DNA of 64,000 nt from Terriglobia bacterium (GTDB taxonomy: Bacteria > Acidobacteriota > Terriglobia > 2-12-FULL-54-10), in the NCBI GenBank assembly GCA_963666975.2, contig CAXVYR010000004.1, forward strand, positions 928,001 to 992,000. The letters run 5' to 3'. The position numbers and the translations under genes are program-made. The notes beneath the pieces were generated by a model that saw only the letters and a program-made list of their open reading frames with translations, did not search any database and had not been told where the DNA came from. This document shows positions 9,050 to 18,485 of the stretch, in pieces. Each line of letters begins with the position of its first letter. The stretch's first letter is position 1.

Positions 9050-9133
9050 TGACCTGACCGGGGATTTTTGTACCATCGATAAGGGCGAAGGCGAAGAGTT
9101 AACATCACAGCCTGGGGTTGTGAAAGGCGTTTC
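9050..9133 (+). repeat. ~75-bp conserved site, copy 3
   Basis: TGACCTGACCGGGGATTTTTGTACCA..GAGTTAACATCACAGCCTGGGGTTGTGAAAGGCGTTTC. Confidence 0.78.
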
Positions 9134-9675
9134 CAGACAGCGCGATAGGTCCCCGGCCTGCCCGAACCCTATCCCCCAGCCCTCCCTACCTCCCTCCAAG
9201 ACGCCCACCCAGCCCGCCTATCCCATTTAGAATCAGCAAGCACCTTTGCACAAAAACAACAAAAACTTAGCCAAGTGGATCGCCTATATGTCGTTGACCC
9301 AAAGGAATTTAGAGGGTTAACTTGAAAGTGGAATGACCAAGGCTTTGGGTTGCAACCGAATCCGCTTTTTTGTGTTGGGGCAGATACTATCACTCGCCAC
9401 CTCACCCCCCCTGTGACGGAAGCCTCTCGCCTATGCTTCACATTCAGCAGAGGTTAGCTGCCGAATAATCGGGCCATTCCCTATTTGGTTAAGGGGCTGC
9501 ACTAACTGGTCCTTGTACTGCTAAGAAAGGGTTGAGCGGCTCAAATCCTGTCGGAGGGGACAAGGGGGGCATCTTACTTGTAAGTTGACCCACCTATTCG
9601 CCACTCGCTACTGATAGACCTCATCGAGACCAATAGACGAATCCAGAAATGAACGCAAGAGGCTTGGAACTGCGC

Positions 9676-9704
9676 TTGACTATTCTAACGTGATAGGTTA
9701 TTCT
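9676..9704 (+). promoter_or_regulatory. sigma70-like promoter of the small-ORF/integrase operon
   Basis: TTGACT-17 nt-TATTCT, with a TAAC-N7-GTTA inverted repeat overlapping the spacer. Confidence 0.55.
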
Positions 9705-9711
9705 TATGGTC

Positions 9712-9942
9712 ATGCAGTGCCCGGTCCACAAAGTTGATTTAGTTTGCTTCTGCCCAGCGTGCCGGGGAGCTGTTACCAGTGTGCGCAAGGCCCGCAGTAG
9801 CAGGCACAACGGGATGCGGGGTGGACGGCCCCGACTATCAGATGAAGAAGTAAGTCTGGATGCGCTATACCAAAGAGCACGGCGGGAACGAATGAAACAA
9901 AAGGCTGCGAAAGCGCTCAGAAAAAAGAAAGGGGTGAGGTGA
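9712..9942 (+). CDS. Small basic Cys-rich protein coupled to the integrase (possible regulator or directionality factor)
   Basis: CPVH..CFCPAC, then SRHNGMRGGRPR. Its stop overlaps the integrase start (GTGATG). Confidence 0.6.
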   Translation: MQCPVHKVDLVCFCPACRGAVTSVRKARSSRHNGMRGGRPRLSDEEVSLDALYQRARRERMKQKAAKALRKKKGVR

Positions 9943-11042
9943 TGGCAAGGAGACAGCGCGGATTATATGAGAAAGTTCCGGGGTCGGGCGTGTGGTGGAT
10001 CAGGTATGCCGACTCCACCGGGAGGATTCGCCGGGAAAAGGCCGGGATGAAGAGTGCAGCCTTGGCCGCTTATGGAAAGAGGGAAACCCAAGTGCGGGAA
10101 GGGAAGTTTTTCCCTGAAAAGGCCAAGCGGAGTCGCCAAGTATGGTTTGAAGAGATTGCTAGGGATGCACTAGACTACTCGCGGGGAAACAAGGGGCACG
10201 AGTCTTTCAGGAACGACCGTTGGAATATGGCGCTGCTGTCGGAGTGGTTCAAGGATCGTCTAGCCAGCGAGATTACGGCCCAGGAAATAGAGCGGCGGCT
10301 GGCAGAGCTTTCCGAGGCTGGGCGTGCACCAGCCACGGTCAACCGTTATTGGGCACTCTTGAGCCTCACGTATTCCCTTGCAGTCAGAAATAAGAAGGTG
10401 CCTGCCAGTCCAGTCAGTTCCGTCCGCCGCCGCAAAGAGAACAACGAGAGGGTGCGCTTCCTGAGCGATTCAGAAGAAACGACATTGCGTGAGCATATTT
10501 GCGCCAACTTCCCTGAAAGAGAGCCGGAGTTTGATTTGGCCCTCCATACTGGAATGCGCCGAGGGGAACAGTTCCGTCTGCGCCGACAAGATGTAGACAT
10601 TAGCCTGGGGGTTATCACGATCCCCCGCAGCAAGCACGGAAAGAAGCGCCACGTCCCAATCAATGACGTTGCACGCAGCGCCATAGAGCGCCTTCTGAGC
10701 GCCACGACGGGGGTGTATATAGTTCCTGGCCTGGAAGGGCCACGGCACCGTGACAGCCAACGCTGGCTGGAAGAGTGTATTGATGCGGCCAAGATTCCCG
10801 ACTTCCACTGGCACGACCTGCGCCATACCTTTGCTTCCCGCCTGGTGATGAGGGGGGTTGACCTCCGGACCGTTCAAGAGCTGATGGGACACAAAACAAT
10901 CTCCATGACCGTGCGGTATGCTCACCTGTCCCCGGCCCATCTCCTGGACGCGGTGAGCCGCCTTACAGAGAGACCAACTGACACCACTACTGACACCGGC
11001 ACTTTAGAGAGGGTTTCAGTGGACAGGTCCGCTGCCGCCTAA
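9939..11042 (+). CDS. Tyrosine recombinase / phage integrase
   Basis: TGMRRGE (R), SKHG (K), HDLRHT (HxxR), LMGH and RYAH (Y). The N-terminal arm-binding-like region contains WWIRY. Confidence 0.95.
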   Translation: MMARRQRGLYEKVPGSGVWWIRYADSTGRIRREKAGMKSAALAAYGKRETQVREGKFFPEKAKRSRQVWFEEIARDALDYSRGNKGHESFRNDRWNMALLSEWFKDRLASEITAQEIERRLAELSEAGRAPATVNRYWALLSLTYSLAVRNKKVPASPVSSVRRRKENNERVRFLSDSEETTLREHICANFPEREPEFDLALHTGMRRGEQFRLRRQDVDISLGVITIPRSKHGKKRHVPINDVARSAIERLLSATTGVYIVPGLEGPRHRDSQRWLEECIDAAKIPDFHWHDLRHTFASRLVMRGVDLRTVQELMGHKTISMTVRYAHLSPAHLLDAVSRLTERPTDTTTDTGTLERVSVDRSAAA

Positions 11043-11073
11043 GTTCAATGAAGTGATGTACAATGCGGAATGT

Positions 11074-11160
11074 GCGAGAGTGGCGGAATTGGCAGACGCG
11101 CCAGACTTAGGATCTGGTGCCCGAAAGGGCGTGGGGGTTCGAGTCCCTCCTTTCGCACCA
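11074..11160 (+). tRNA. tRNA-Leu (anticodon TAG)
   Basis: Acceptor stem GCGAGAG/CTTTCGC, D-arm TGGCGGAATTGGCAGACGC, anticodon arm CCAGA-CTTAGGA-TCTGG, long variable arm, GGTTCGAGTCC and an encoded CCA. Confidence 0.97.
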
Positions 11161-11334
11161 TAGAGTAAAGATTTTTCTGCCTCACGACGTTGGCTTACCC
11201 GGATTTATTCCGGGGCCGTCAGCGTTTTTTTCTGAAAGGTTCCGGTAAAGCTTCAGCCTTTGTTTCCCGGATTTCCGGAAAGGATGGAATCTTTTCGCCG
11301 GATGATACCGCAAAGTTGTGCAGGGGGTTATAAC

Positions 11335-12177
11335 GTGTCATCGAATGAAAAGAATGAGAAGCATGAGAAGAATGCGAAAAGGGTCCGGGAGGAGCTGGCC
11401 GGGCTAATGGATATCTATACCGGGGCCGTCCATCGTGTAGCGCTGGCGTATGCGGAGCGGAGGAATCGCGAGCGGGACATCCACTGGCTGGCTTTGCAGG
11501 CGGCCAAAGAATACGGGGCGATGCTGTTTCACTCCCGCCTGATGTGGCGAAAGGCAAAGGAGATGGAGCCGCTGGAAAGCATCCGGAAGTCGAGCGTCGA
11601 CAGCTTTGAGGAGGCCGAACATTACTGGGGCTACCGGGAGATTCTCGATTGGTATCTGGATGGCAAGCCTTGCGAAGTGCCCCAGATGTGGGGGTATGGC
11701 GATTTTCCGGATGCGGGCGGGCCGGGGCCGGGCGTAAACAAATCACTTTGGCCCGAGCATTACGGCTATCTGGATATGGCGCAGCGGCATGCGCGCGCGG
11801 CTCGCTCCTCCTGGGTGAGCGAGGTGGTCTCCAGCAACCGGGAAGGAGCCGCCGTCGCCTTCCATGCCGTCATGAGCAAGCTCCCCGTGACCGATGAGTT
11901 TGCAGAGCGGTTTACCCGGCACGAGCGCACCGTCGCCCGGGATGAGTTGCACCACGGCCCTGAGCTGATTCAGGAACTGGCCAAAACCGTTCCGTCGCTG
12001 GATGATCTGGAGGAGGCGAAGCAGAAGATCGCCGAGATGCGCGTGCAGGAGTTGCGCCAGCGCAACGAGCAGTTCCTGCACCCTATGACGGCGGCGGAGT
12101 TAGGGCAGCTTGAACAGGATTTCCGCCATATGCGCATCGAGCCCATCCCGGTGTTCTCGGAAGGCGCTATAGCGTAG
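11335..12177 (+). CDS. Ferritin-like (diiron-carboxylate) domain protein
   Basis: Two ExxH motifs (EEAEHY, RDELHH), each preceded by a helix Glu (AKEYG, NREGA). The start is uncertain (11260/11335/11407). Confidence 0.65.
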   Translation: MSSNEKNEKHEKNAKRVREELAGLMDIYTGAVHRVALAYAERRNRERDIHWLALQAAKEYGAMLFHSRLMWRKAKEMEPLESIRKSSVDSFEEAEHYWGYREILDWYLDGKPCEVPQMWGYGDFPDAGGPGPGVNKSLWPEHYGYLDMAQRHARAARSSWVSEVVSSNREGAAVAFHAVMSKLPVTDEFAERFTRHERTVARDELHHGPELIQELAKTVPSLDDLEEAKQKIAEMRVQELRQRNEQFLHPMTAAELGQLEQDFRHMRIEPIPVFSEGAIA

Positions 12178-12221
12178 TTGCGCTAAGACAGCGCGAGCAG
12201 GCTGGACGCAGAGGCAAAGGA

Positions 12222-13571
12222 CTATTTCGATCCCTCGACCAGCAGGCGTTTGATGCTCTCGACGTCGGCCGGGACCGAAACGGGCCGGTTGGCGAAGCGG
12301 GACTCAATGGGGCGTTGCTTGCCGGCGCCGGGAAAGGCGAGGGTGCCCTGGTGGTAGGCCAGCGCGTAATCGGGGTCCTTCATCAGATTTCCGGTCAGCA
12401 CCGCCACCACCCGGTCGCTTTTGCGGATCACATTGCTCGCGACCAGTTTCCGAATGCCCGCCAGGGTGGCCGCCGAGGCCGGCTCGCAGCCGATACCCGA
12501 ATGGCCGATCACTGCCTTGGCGTCGGCAATCTCCTGCTCGCTGACTTTTTCGCACAATCCCCGGGTGGCCTCGATCTCGTGCAGGGCTTTCTTCCAGGAG
12601 ACCGGCGCGCCGATCTTGATGGCGGTAGCCAGCGTTGTTGGATTTTCCACCGGGCAGAGAGAAAGCTCCTGCGGGGCTTTATTTTCGGCTGCGGCCCGTT
12701 GAAACAGTTGATAGAGCGGGGCCGCGCCCTCGGCTTGAATCACAGCCAGGCGGGGCATGCGGTCGAGCAGTCGCAGTTGCCGCATCTCCCGCAGCGCTTT
12801 TCCAAACGCCGAACAGTTGCCCAGGTTGCCGCCCGGCAGCACAATCCAGTCAGGCGCCTGCCATTCCAATTGCTCCATCATTTCAACGATAATCGTCTTC
12901 TGCCCCTCCACCCGGAACGGATTTACTGAGTTGAGCAGATAGACTCCGGCCTCTTCCACCAGGCGGGAGAGCAGCTTCCAGGTGCCGTCGAAGTTCGTCT
13001 CCACCTGGATGGTCAGCGCGCCGTATTCCAGCGCCTGCGCCAGCTTGCCGGTGGCGATCTGCCCGGCGGGGATCAGGATGACTGCCTGCAAACCGCCGGT
13101 GGCGGCAAAGGCGGCAAGCGAGGCCGAGGTGTTTCCCGTGCTCACACAAGCCACGACCTTCCTGCCGAGGGCCACTGCCTGGCTGATTCCCGTCGTCATG
13201 CCGTTGTCTTTGAAGGAGCCGGTCGGGTTGAAGCCTTGATGCTTGAACTGGATCCTTTCCATATCCGCATAGGCAGCCGACCGCGGCGCATCGAGTAGCG
13301 GAGTATTTCCTTCCCGCAAGGTCACAATGCGGGCCTCCGGCGGCAGGAACGGAATCATCTCCCGGAAGCGCCAAACCCCGCTCATGTCCTGCGGGTCGGT
13401 GGACATCTTCCGGGTCCGCCATGTTTGTTTCAGGGCCTCCGGGTCCCAATCGCCCCACTCATAGTGGACCTCCAGAAGGCCTCCGCAAGCGGGGCAAAAC
13501 GGTTTGACGCCGGTGATGGGATACCGCGCCCTGCATTTTTCTTCAAAACAACGTAAGGAAGCAGTGGTCAT
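12222..13571 (-). CDS. thrC: Threonine synthase
   Basis: NPTGSFKD (PLP lysine), STGNTSAS and PGGNLGN; adjacent to thrB. Confidence 0.95.
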   Translation of the reverse strand: MTTASLRCFEEKCRARYPITGVKPFCPACGGLLEVHYEWGDWDPEALKQTWRTRKMSTDPQDMSGVWRFREMIPFLPPEARIVTLREGNTPLLDAPRSAAYADMERIQFKHQGFNPTGSFKDNGMTTGISQAVALGRKVVACVSTGNTSASLAAFAATGGLQAVILIPAGQIATGKLAQALEYGALTIQVETNFDGTWKLLSRLVEEAGVYLLNSVNPFRVEGQKTIIVEMMEQLEWQAPDWIVLPGGNLGNCSAFGKALREMRQLRLLDRMPRLAVIQAEGAAPLYQLFQRAAAENKAPQELSLCPVENPTTLATAIKIGAPVSWKKALHEIEATRGLCEKVSEQEIADAKAVIGHSGIGCEPASAATLAGIRKLVASNVIRKSDRVVAVLTGNLMKDPDYALAYHQGTLAFPGAGKQRPIESRFANRPVSVPADVESIKRLLVEGSK

Positions 13572-13602
13572 ATTCGCAGTGGGTGTCCGGCTACAGTTTT
13601 CT

Positions 13603-14526
13603 TCATGACGCTTTCTCAACTACCAGCCCGTGTGGATCGACCTGAAGCCGGTGTATCTTGGCGGCTACCTTTTGTTCGCGAAAACAAGCCGCGATGGCTT
13701 CTCCGGCCCCGGCAGTCGCAGGGCCGTCACAAAATGCCACCACGCTGGGGCCTGCTCCGCTGAGAGCCAGTCCCAGCAGGCCGGGGATGTTGATGTTGCG
13801 AAGCTTCAGGATATCAGCAAACCCAGGAATCAAAGAGGCACGATAGGGCTGGTGCAGGCGGTCCTGCAGGGCTTCGGCAAACAGATCGGCCCTGCCCTCG
13901 CGAAGCGCAGCCAGCAACAGCGCTACCCGCTGCACATTGAAAATGGCGTGAGGCCGGGAGTAACTTTCCGGGAGCGCCGCGCGAGCGGCTTCGGTTGACA
14001 ACCGGCACTTCGGAACAACCAGCACCACTTCCAATTTCTGACTGAACGGGCTGTTCACGGAGAGCACCGCGCCGTCCTCCGCCTGGCAGCTTACCACCAA
14101 CCCGCCTCGTGCCGCTGCCGCCACGTTGTCCGGATGGCCTTCCATCTCCGTAGCCATCTGGATGAGCTGCTCCTTGCTTTGGTTCAACCCCTCCCATTCA
14201 TTGGCCAGAGCGAGGCCTGCCAGAATAGCCGCCGCGCTGCTGCCGAGACCCCTTCCCAAAGGTATTTCATTCGCGATCTCCAGTTTCACCGCCTCTTGAG
14301 TCTCCTTGCTGGCAAGGCTGGAAAAGGCCCGAAAAATGAGATTGGACCGGTTGCGCGGTATTTCCGATCTGTCGCTCCCGGAAACCTGTATTTGTAATCC
14401 CTGGCTAGACTTGCGGAGAGTGCACCGCAAATAAAGACTCAGCGCCAACCCCAGGGTGTCAAATCCTGGTCCCAAATTGGCGCTGCTGGCGGGTACGCGG
14501 ACGCAAATCGAGGAATGCTCATTCAT
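13603..14526 (-). CDS. thrB: Homoserine kinase
   Basis: VPASSANLGPGFD, PLGRGLGSSAAA, EGHPDN and LSGAGPS. Confidence 0.97.
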   Translation of the reverse strand: MNEHSSICVRVPASSANLGPGFDTLGLALSLYLRCTLRKSSQGLQIQVSGSDRSEIPRNRSNLIFRAFSSLASKETQEAVKLEIANEIPLGRGLGSSAAAILAGLALANEWEGLNQSKEQLIQMATEMEGHPDNVAAAARGGLVVSCQAEDGAVLSVNSPFSQKLEVVLVVPKCRLSTEAARAALPESYSRPHAIFNVQRVALLLAALREGRADLFAEALQDRLHQPYRASLIPGFADILKLRNINIPGLLGLALSGAGPSVVAFCDGPATAGAGEAIAACFREQKVAAKIHRLQVDPHGLVVEKAS

Positions 14527-14672
14527 AACGGAAACCGGCTGGACAGCATAAAACCTATATCCTAACCTAATTCGGGGTCAAGGACTCCGAACTTCAATAA
14601 AGATTGACATTTCTCGATAAAGACCTGTAACCTGAGCGGAGAAACGGCATCTAATGAAATACGGAGACGTTT

Positions 14673-15101
14673 ATGCGGTTTGGAAGCAAAACTGGCCACC
14701 GCTCTCATAGCAGGGCAATCGCCCTGTGTGTGGTGGTTCTGTTCAGCTTTCAGTTCAGCCGCTTCTTTCTCATTGTCCAGCTTGGCGTCATCGAATGTTT
14801 CGAGCCCGGCCACACGCACGATGCCACTGCGCACTCTCATTCGTATGCAGATAACGGGCATCAGCATGATCGCGAGGGCGAGCAAGCTCCTTCGCACAGT
14901 CACGACGGGGAGCACTATTTCCAGCATTGCCAGGACACCTATGGCGACGCCGGCCTGACTCCGGTCCAGCCGCAGGGAGCGCCCGAAACAGTTTCCTATC
15001 AGCCGCCGGAAACCGCTTGGAAAAATCCTCCAAGCGCGAACTTCCAGCCTCTCGAAAATTACCTTCCTCCACCCTTCCAACCACCGCGAAACCTGAGCTA
15101 G
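14673..15101 (+). CDS. His-rich exported leader-type protein with Pro-rich C-terminus (DUF2946-like)
   Basis: N-terminal hydrophobic segment, a His-rich core and C-terminal YLPPPFQPPR; directly upstream of a TonB receptor. Confidence 0.7.
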   Translation: MRFGSKTGHRSHSRAIALCVVVLFSFQFSRFFLIVQLGVIECFEPGHTHDATAHSHSYADNGHQHDREGEQAPSHSHDGEHYFQHCQDTYGDAGLTPVQPQGAPETVSYQPPETAWKNPPSANFQPLENYLPPPFQPPRNLS

Positions 15102-15279
15102 CTTCTTCTCAAAAGATCAACTTGCGCCTGCGTGTGATGGTGCGACGTTGATTTTTTGAAGTTGTGGCTGCCCGTCGCCTGTTTTTCTCCGTCGAGAAGC
15201 AGTGAGGCAAGGCCGCCAGCTTCTAAAAGCCTTCCGAGGGTGACCATGTGCGCCGTTGGCGGGAAGGTTGGAGGTTGAG

Positions 15280-17679
15280 ATGAAAAAGTATTGTTTATGC
15301 TTGCTCAGTTTATTTTGCGCGTTTTTGAGCTTCACTGTTTTGATTCATGCGCAAGGGGAAGGGGCAATCCACGGCGCGGTGATCGCGCAAGCGGACCGCT
15401 CGGCAATCCTCAATGCAAAGGTCGTGTTGGAAGGCCTGACAGTTTCCGTATCGCTTCAAACAGCTACGGGCGGAGATGGGCATTTCGGTTTTCAGCGTCT
15501 GGTCCCCGGCGATTACTTGCTGGTTGTGACCCAGGAAGCTTTCCTGGAAGAACGGATCCGCTTCACGCTGAAACCCCGCGAGGCCCAAAACATCACCTTG
15601 CAGCTTGCCCTCCGTCCCGTGGCGGAGGTAGTGGAGGTGACGACGGAAGCGGTGTCCGTTGCCGGGACCTATTCGCCCAGTTCCACGGTCTTGCACGAGC
15701 AAGACGTGGAAAAGCTCCCTCTGGGCCAGAGAACCAATCTCCCGGACATGATTGCCGCTAGTGCGCCGGGGATGATCCGTAGCCATGATGATTTTGTCCA
15801 CGTGCGGGGCAGCGAGCTTGCCTTGAACACGTTCATCAACGGCGTTTCCTTCTGGGAAAATCCGCACTCGGTGTTTTCCCCGGGCTTGAGTCCCGACCTG
15901 ATCCAGTCCATGAACATCATGACGGGAGGCTTTCCGGCCGAATACGGCAATCGCTTTGGGGGAATCCTGGACGTGGTCACCAAGTCCGGATTTTCCATGG
16001 ACAACGAGGGTGCCCTCACCCTGGGGCTTGGCACTTCTCTCCGCCACAACCTGGGCGTTCAGTACGGCGGGCACACGGAGAAGGCCGCCTATTATCTGTT
16101 CAGTTCCGCTTTCGAGTCGTCGCGTTTCTTGAGCCCTCCGGACACGCGCTCGATCCACAACACCGGCCGGGGCGTGCGCAACTTCCTCCAGTTGGACTTC
16201 AACGTCAATCCCACGAACTTTTTGAAACTCGTCCTCATGGGCGACGGGACCAATTTCGAGATTCCCAAAACTGCCCAGGACGATGAGCACCGGCCCAACG
16301 CCAACGCCTTCCAGCGTACACGGTCCCAGACGGCCATGTTCACATGGAGCCATATCCTCTCCAACGACGCTCTGCTGGACACCTCGTTCTACCAGCGCTG
16401 GTCCCGCTCGCGGCTGCTTCCCGCCGCCGACCCGCTGGCAACCGCGGCCCGCTCGGAACGGACCCTGCATACCACGGGCATCAAGAGCGATCTGACGCGA
16501 TTCCTCGGACGGCATACCGTCAAGGCCGGGCTGGACCTTGTGTTGCTTCGTCCGGACGAGGAACTTTTCTACGACAACGAGGGGTTTAACCTTCTGGCGC
16601 ATCGGTTGGGTCTTTCCCCGGTGGAGGTGAGCGGCCCCATTTCGTTTGCGGAGCGGAAAACCGGCGGACAGATCGGCCTGTACTTTCAGGACAGCGTGCA
16701 ACTGACAAACCGTCTGACGGTGGATGCCGGCCTCCGCTTTGACCGCTATAGCCTGGCCCGCTCGGACTTCCACTTCAGCCCCCGGCTCAACGTCGCCTAT
16801 CGCTTCTTGAGCACCGACACGGTGCTGCACGGCTCCTACAACCACTTCTTTGTGCCGCCCGCGATTGAGAATGTTTTAGCGTCGAGCGCCGGCCTTTCGC
16901 GCTTTTTCCATGAGGTCGATGAGGCTTTGCCGCCGCTGCGGCCCGTGATCGAGAACCAGTTCGAGTTGGGGGCTACGCACCCCTTCCATCGCAACCTTCG
17001 GCTGGGGTTGACCGGGTACTATCGCATCAGCAACGATCAGCTCCACAGCATCCTGCTCCCGGACTCCCGCATCTACACCTATGCAAATTTCGACAAAGCA
17101 AAGGCGTGGGGCCTGGAGACGAAGCTGGAAGTGCCGACCCTCGAGCGAGTGGGCCTCGGAGGTTATCTGAACTACGCACTGAGCCGCGTCTATCTCTACA
17201 ATCCGGTTGTGGCAGGATTTCTCGAGGACTCCGATCACCTGGAGGACGATGCCGCTTTCCTTGCACCCATGGATCAGACGCACACACTGACTGCCGGTTT
17301 CACCTATCGGTATCCCAGGTCCGGCTTGTGGTTTAGCATGGCCTTCGAATATGGCAGCGGCGTTCCTTCGCATGGAGAGGAGGGACACGTGGATGACCAC
17401 GGAATGGAAGACCCGATGATGGAACACGGGCAGGAAGAAGCGGCGATGGACCACGCGGACGAGGAAGAAGTGACGGCGCGCGTGCCGCAGCATTTCACCC
17501 AGAACCTGACCGTCGGTTGGGACTTGCTTCGCGACGGGGAACAGCCCCGGCTTAGCTTGCAATTCAACATCGAGAACCTGACCGATAACCTCTACCAGAA
17601 GACGGCGCCGAGCGTCTTCTCGCCGGGAGAGTTTTACATTCCGCGGCTCTTCTCCGGCTCGATGAAGATCCATTTTTGA
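15280..17679 (+). CDS. TonB-dependent receptor with N-terminal carboxypeptidase-regulatory-like domain (metal uptake)
   Basis: Signal peptide, plug VHVRG..GGFPAEYGNRFGG, GLRFD/SPR, NIENLTD and C-terminal F; His/Met-rich loop. Confidence 0.9.
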   Translation: MKKYCLCLLSLFCAFLSFTVLIHAQGEGAIHGAVIAQADRSAILNAKVVLEGLTVSVSLQTATGGDGHFGFQRLVPGDYLLVVTQEAFLEERIRFTLKPREAQNITLQLALRPVAEVVEVTTEAVSVAGTYSPSSTVLHEQDVEKLPLGQRTNLPDMIAASAPGMIRSHDDFVHVRGSELALNTFINGVSFWENPHSVFSPGLSPDLIQSMNIMTGGFPAEYGNRFGGILDVVTKSGFSMDNEGALTLGLGTSLRHNLGVQYGGHTEKAAYYLFSSAFESSRFLSPPDTRSIHNTGRGVRNFLQLDFNVNPTNFLKLVLMGDGTNFEIPKTAQDDEHRPNANAFQRTRSQTAMFTWSHILSNDALLDTSFYQRWSRSRLLPAADPLATAARSERTLHTTGIKSDLTRFLGRHTVKAGLDLVLLRPDEELFYDNEGFNLLAHRLGLSPVEVSGPISFAERKTGGQIGLYFQDSVQLTNRLTVDAGLRFDRYSLARSDFHFSPRLNVAYRFLSTDTVLHGSYNHFFVPPAIENVLASSAGLSRFFHEVDEALPPLRPVIENQFELGATHPFHRNLRLGLTGYYRISNDQLHSILLPDSRIYTYANFDKAKAWGLETKLEVPTLERVGLGGYLNYALSRVYLYNPVVAGFLEDSDHLEDDAAFLAPMDQTHTLTAGFTYRYPRSGLWFSMAFEYGSGVPSHGEEGHVDDHGMEDPMMEHGQEEAAMDHADEEEVTARVPQHFTQNLTVGWDLLRDGEQPRLSLQFNIENLTDNLYQKTAPSVFSPGEFYIPRLFSGSMKIHF

Positions 17680-17820
17680 GCGGCCGGGAGGGTGCGGCAA
17701 CAAATAACACGATGTGTTTACCGGGGCTGCAAGTCTTCGGGTAAACTGTTTGGACCCTGCGAAGTTGGTTGCCGGGGGTTTCTGTAATCTCATCATCATC
17801 GGATTGGCGGGAAGGAGACT

Positions 17821-18411
17821 ATGAGAAGGCTAACGGTTAGAAGCATTTTCTTTTTGATTCCGATGCTCGGATTGCTCTTGATGTCTTGCAGCACGGAAAA
17901 CCCATCCGCGACGCAGGTCTCGGATTCCCCGGCGGGGCAGCTTCCCGAATCCTCTGGGGCAGCGCCCGTTTCCATTCCCGAGCCGGTGCGCCAGATCCAA
18001 CCCGGAGAACACCGGGACCACAATCCCAAGCACGGCGGGACGTTTTTTATGGCGCTGGACAACAAACACCACCTGGAAGGCGTGCTTCTTCCGTCGGGTA
18101 CTTTCTGCGTCTATCTCTACGATGCCCACACGCAGCCCCTGGGTCACGCAGAACTCCACCAAACCAGCGGGGTTGTGCAATGGGGAGACTCCGACGGCGC
18201 TCCCGAAACGCTTTTGGCGGTTGATGAAGATGCGCACAGACTGGAAGCGGCGTTCGGTCAGGAAGTGGAATTCCCCGTCACCCTGACCCTTTTGCTCCGT
18301 CTGCCGGGTTCGCCACCGGATGCCAAACCGGAGCTTTTTACGTTTCCGTTTAGCCATTACTCCGAACAAACTTCTGACGGCCACGGCCCGCCGCATTCCC
18401 ATGAAAACTGA
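17821..18411 (+). CDS. His-rich lipoprotein, putative metal-binding
   Basis: Lipobox LMSC; HRDHNPKHGG, HHLEG and C-terminal HGPPHSH. Confidence 0.7.
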   Translation: MRRLTVRSIFFLIPMLGLLLMSCSTENPSATQVSDSPAGQLPESSGAAPVSIPEPVRQIQPGEHRDHNPKHGGTFFMALDNKHHLEGVLLPSGTFCVYLYDAHTQPLGHAELHQTSGVVQWGDSDGAPETLLAVDEDAHRLEAAFGQEVEFPVTLTLLLRLPGSPPDAKPELFTFPFSHYSEQTSDGHGPPHSHEN

Positions 18412-18485
18412 TGGAGGCTCATCGTGTCCTTTGCCGTGGGTTCGGGTATTTTCTCAAACTTCGTGACGGTTTTAGGAGAGTGAAC

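Noticed and set aside
9500-9562. tRNA-like remnant (..CTAAGAAAGGGTTGAGCGGCTCAAATCCTGTCGGAGGGGACA)
   Set aside because: It resembles a T-arm and acceptor end, but lacks GTTC, cannot be folded into a cloverleaf and does not match the tRNA-Leu, so it is not usable as attL.
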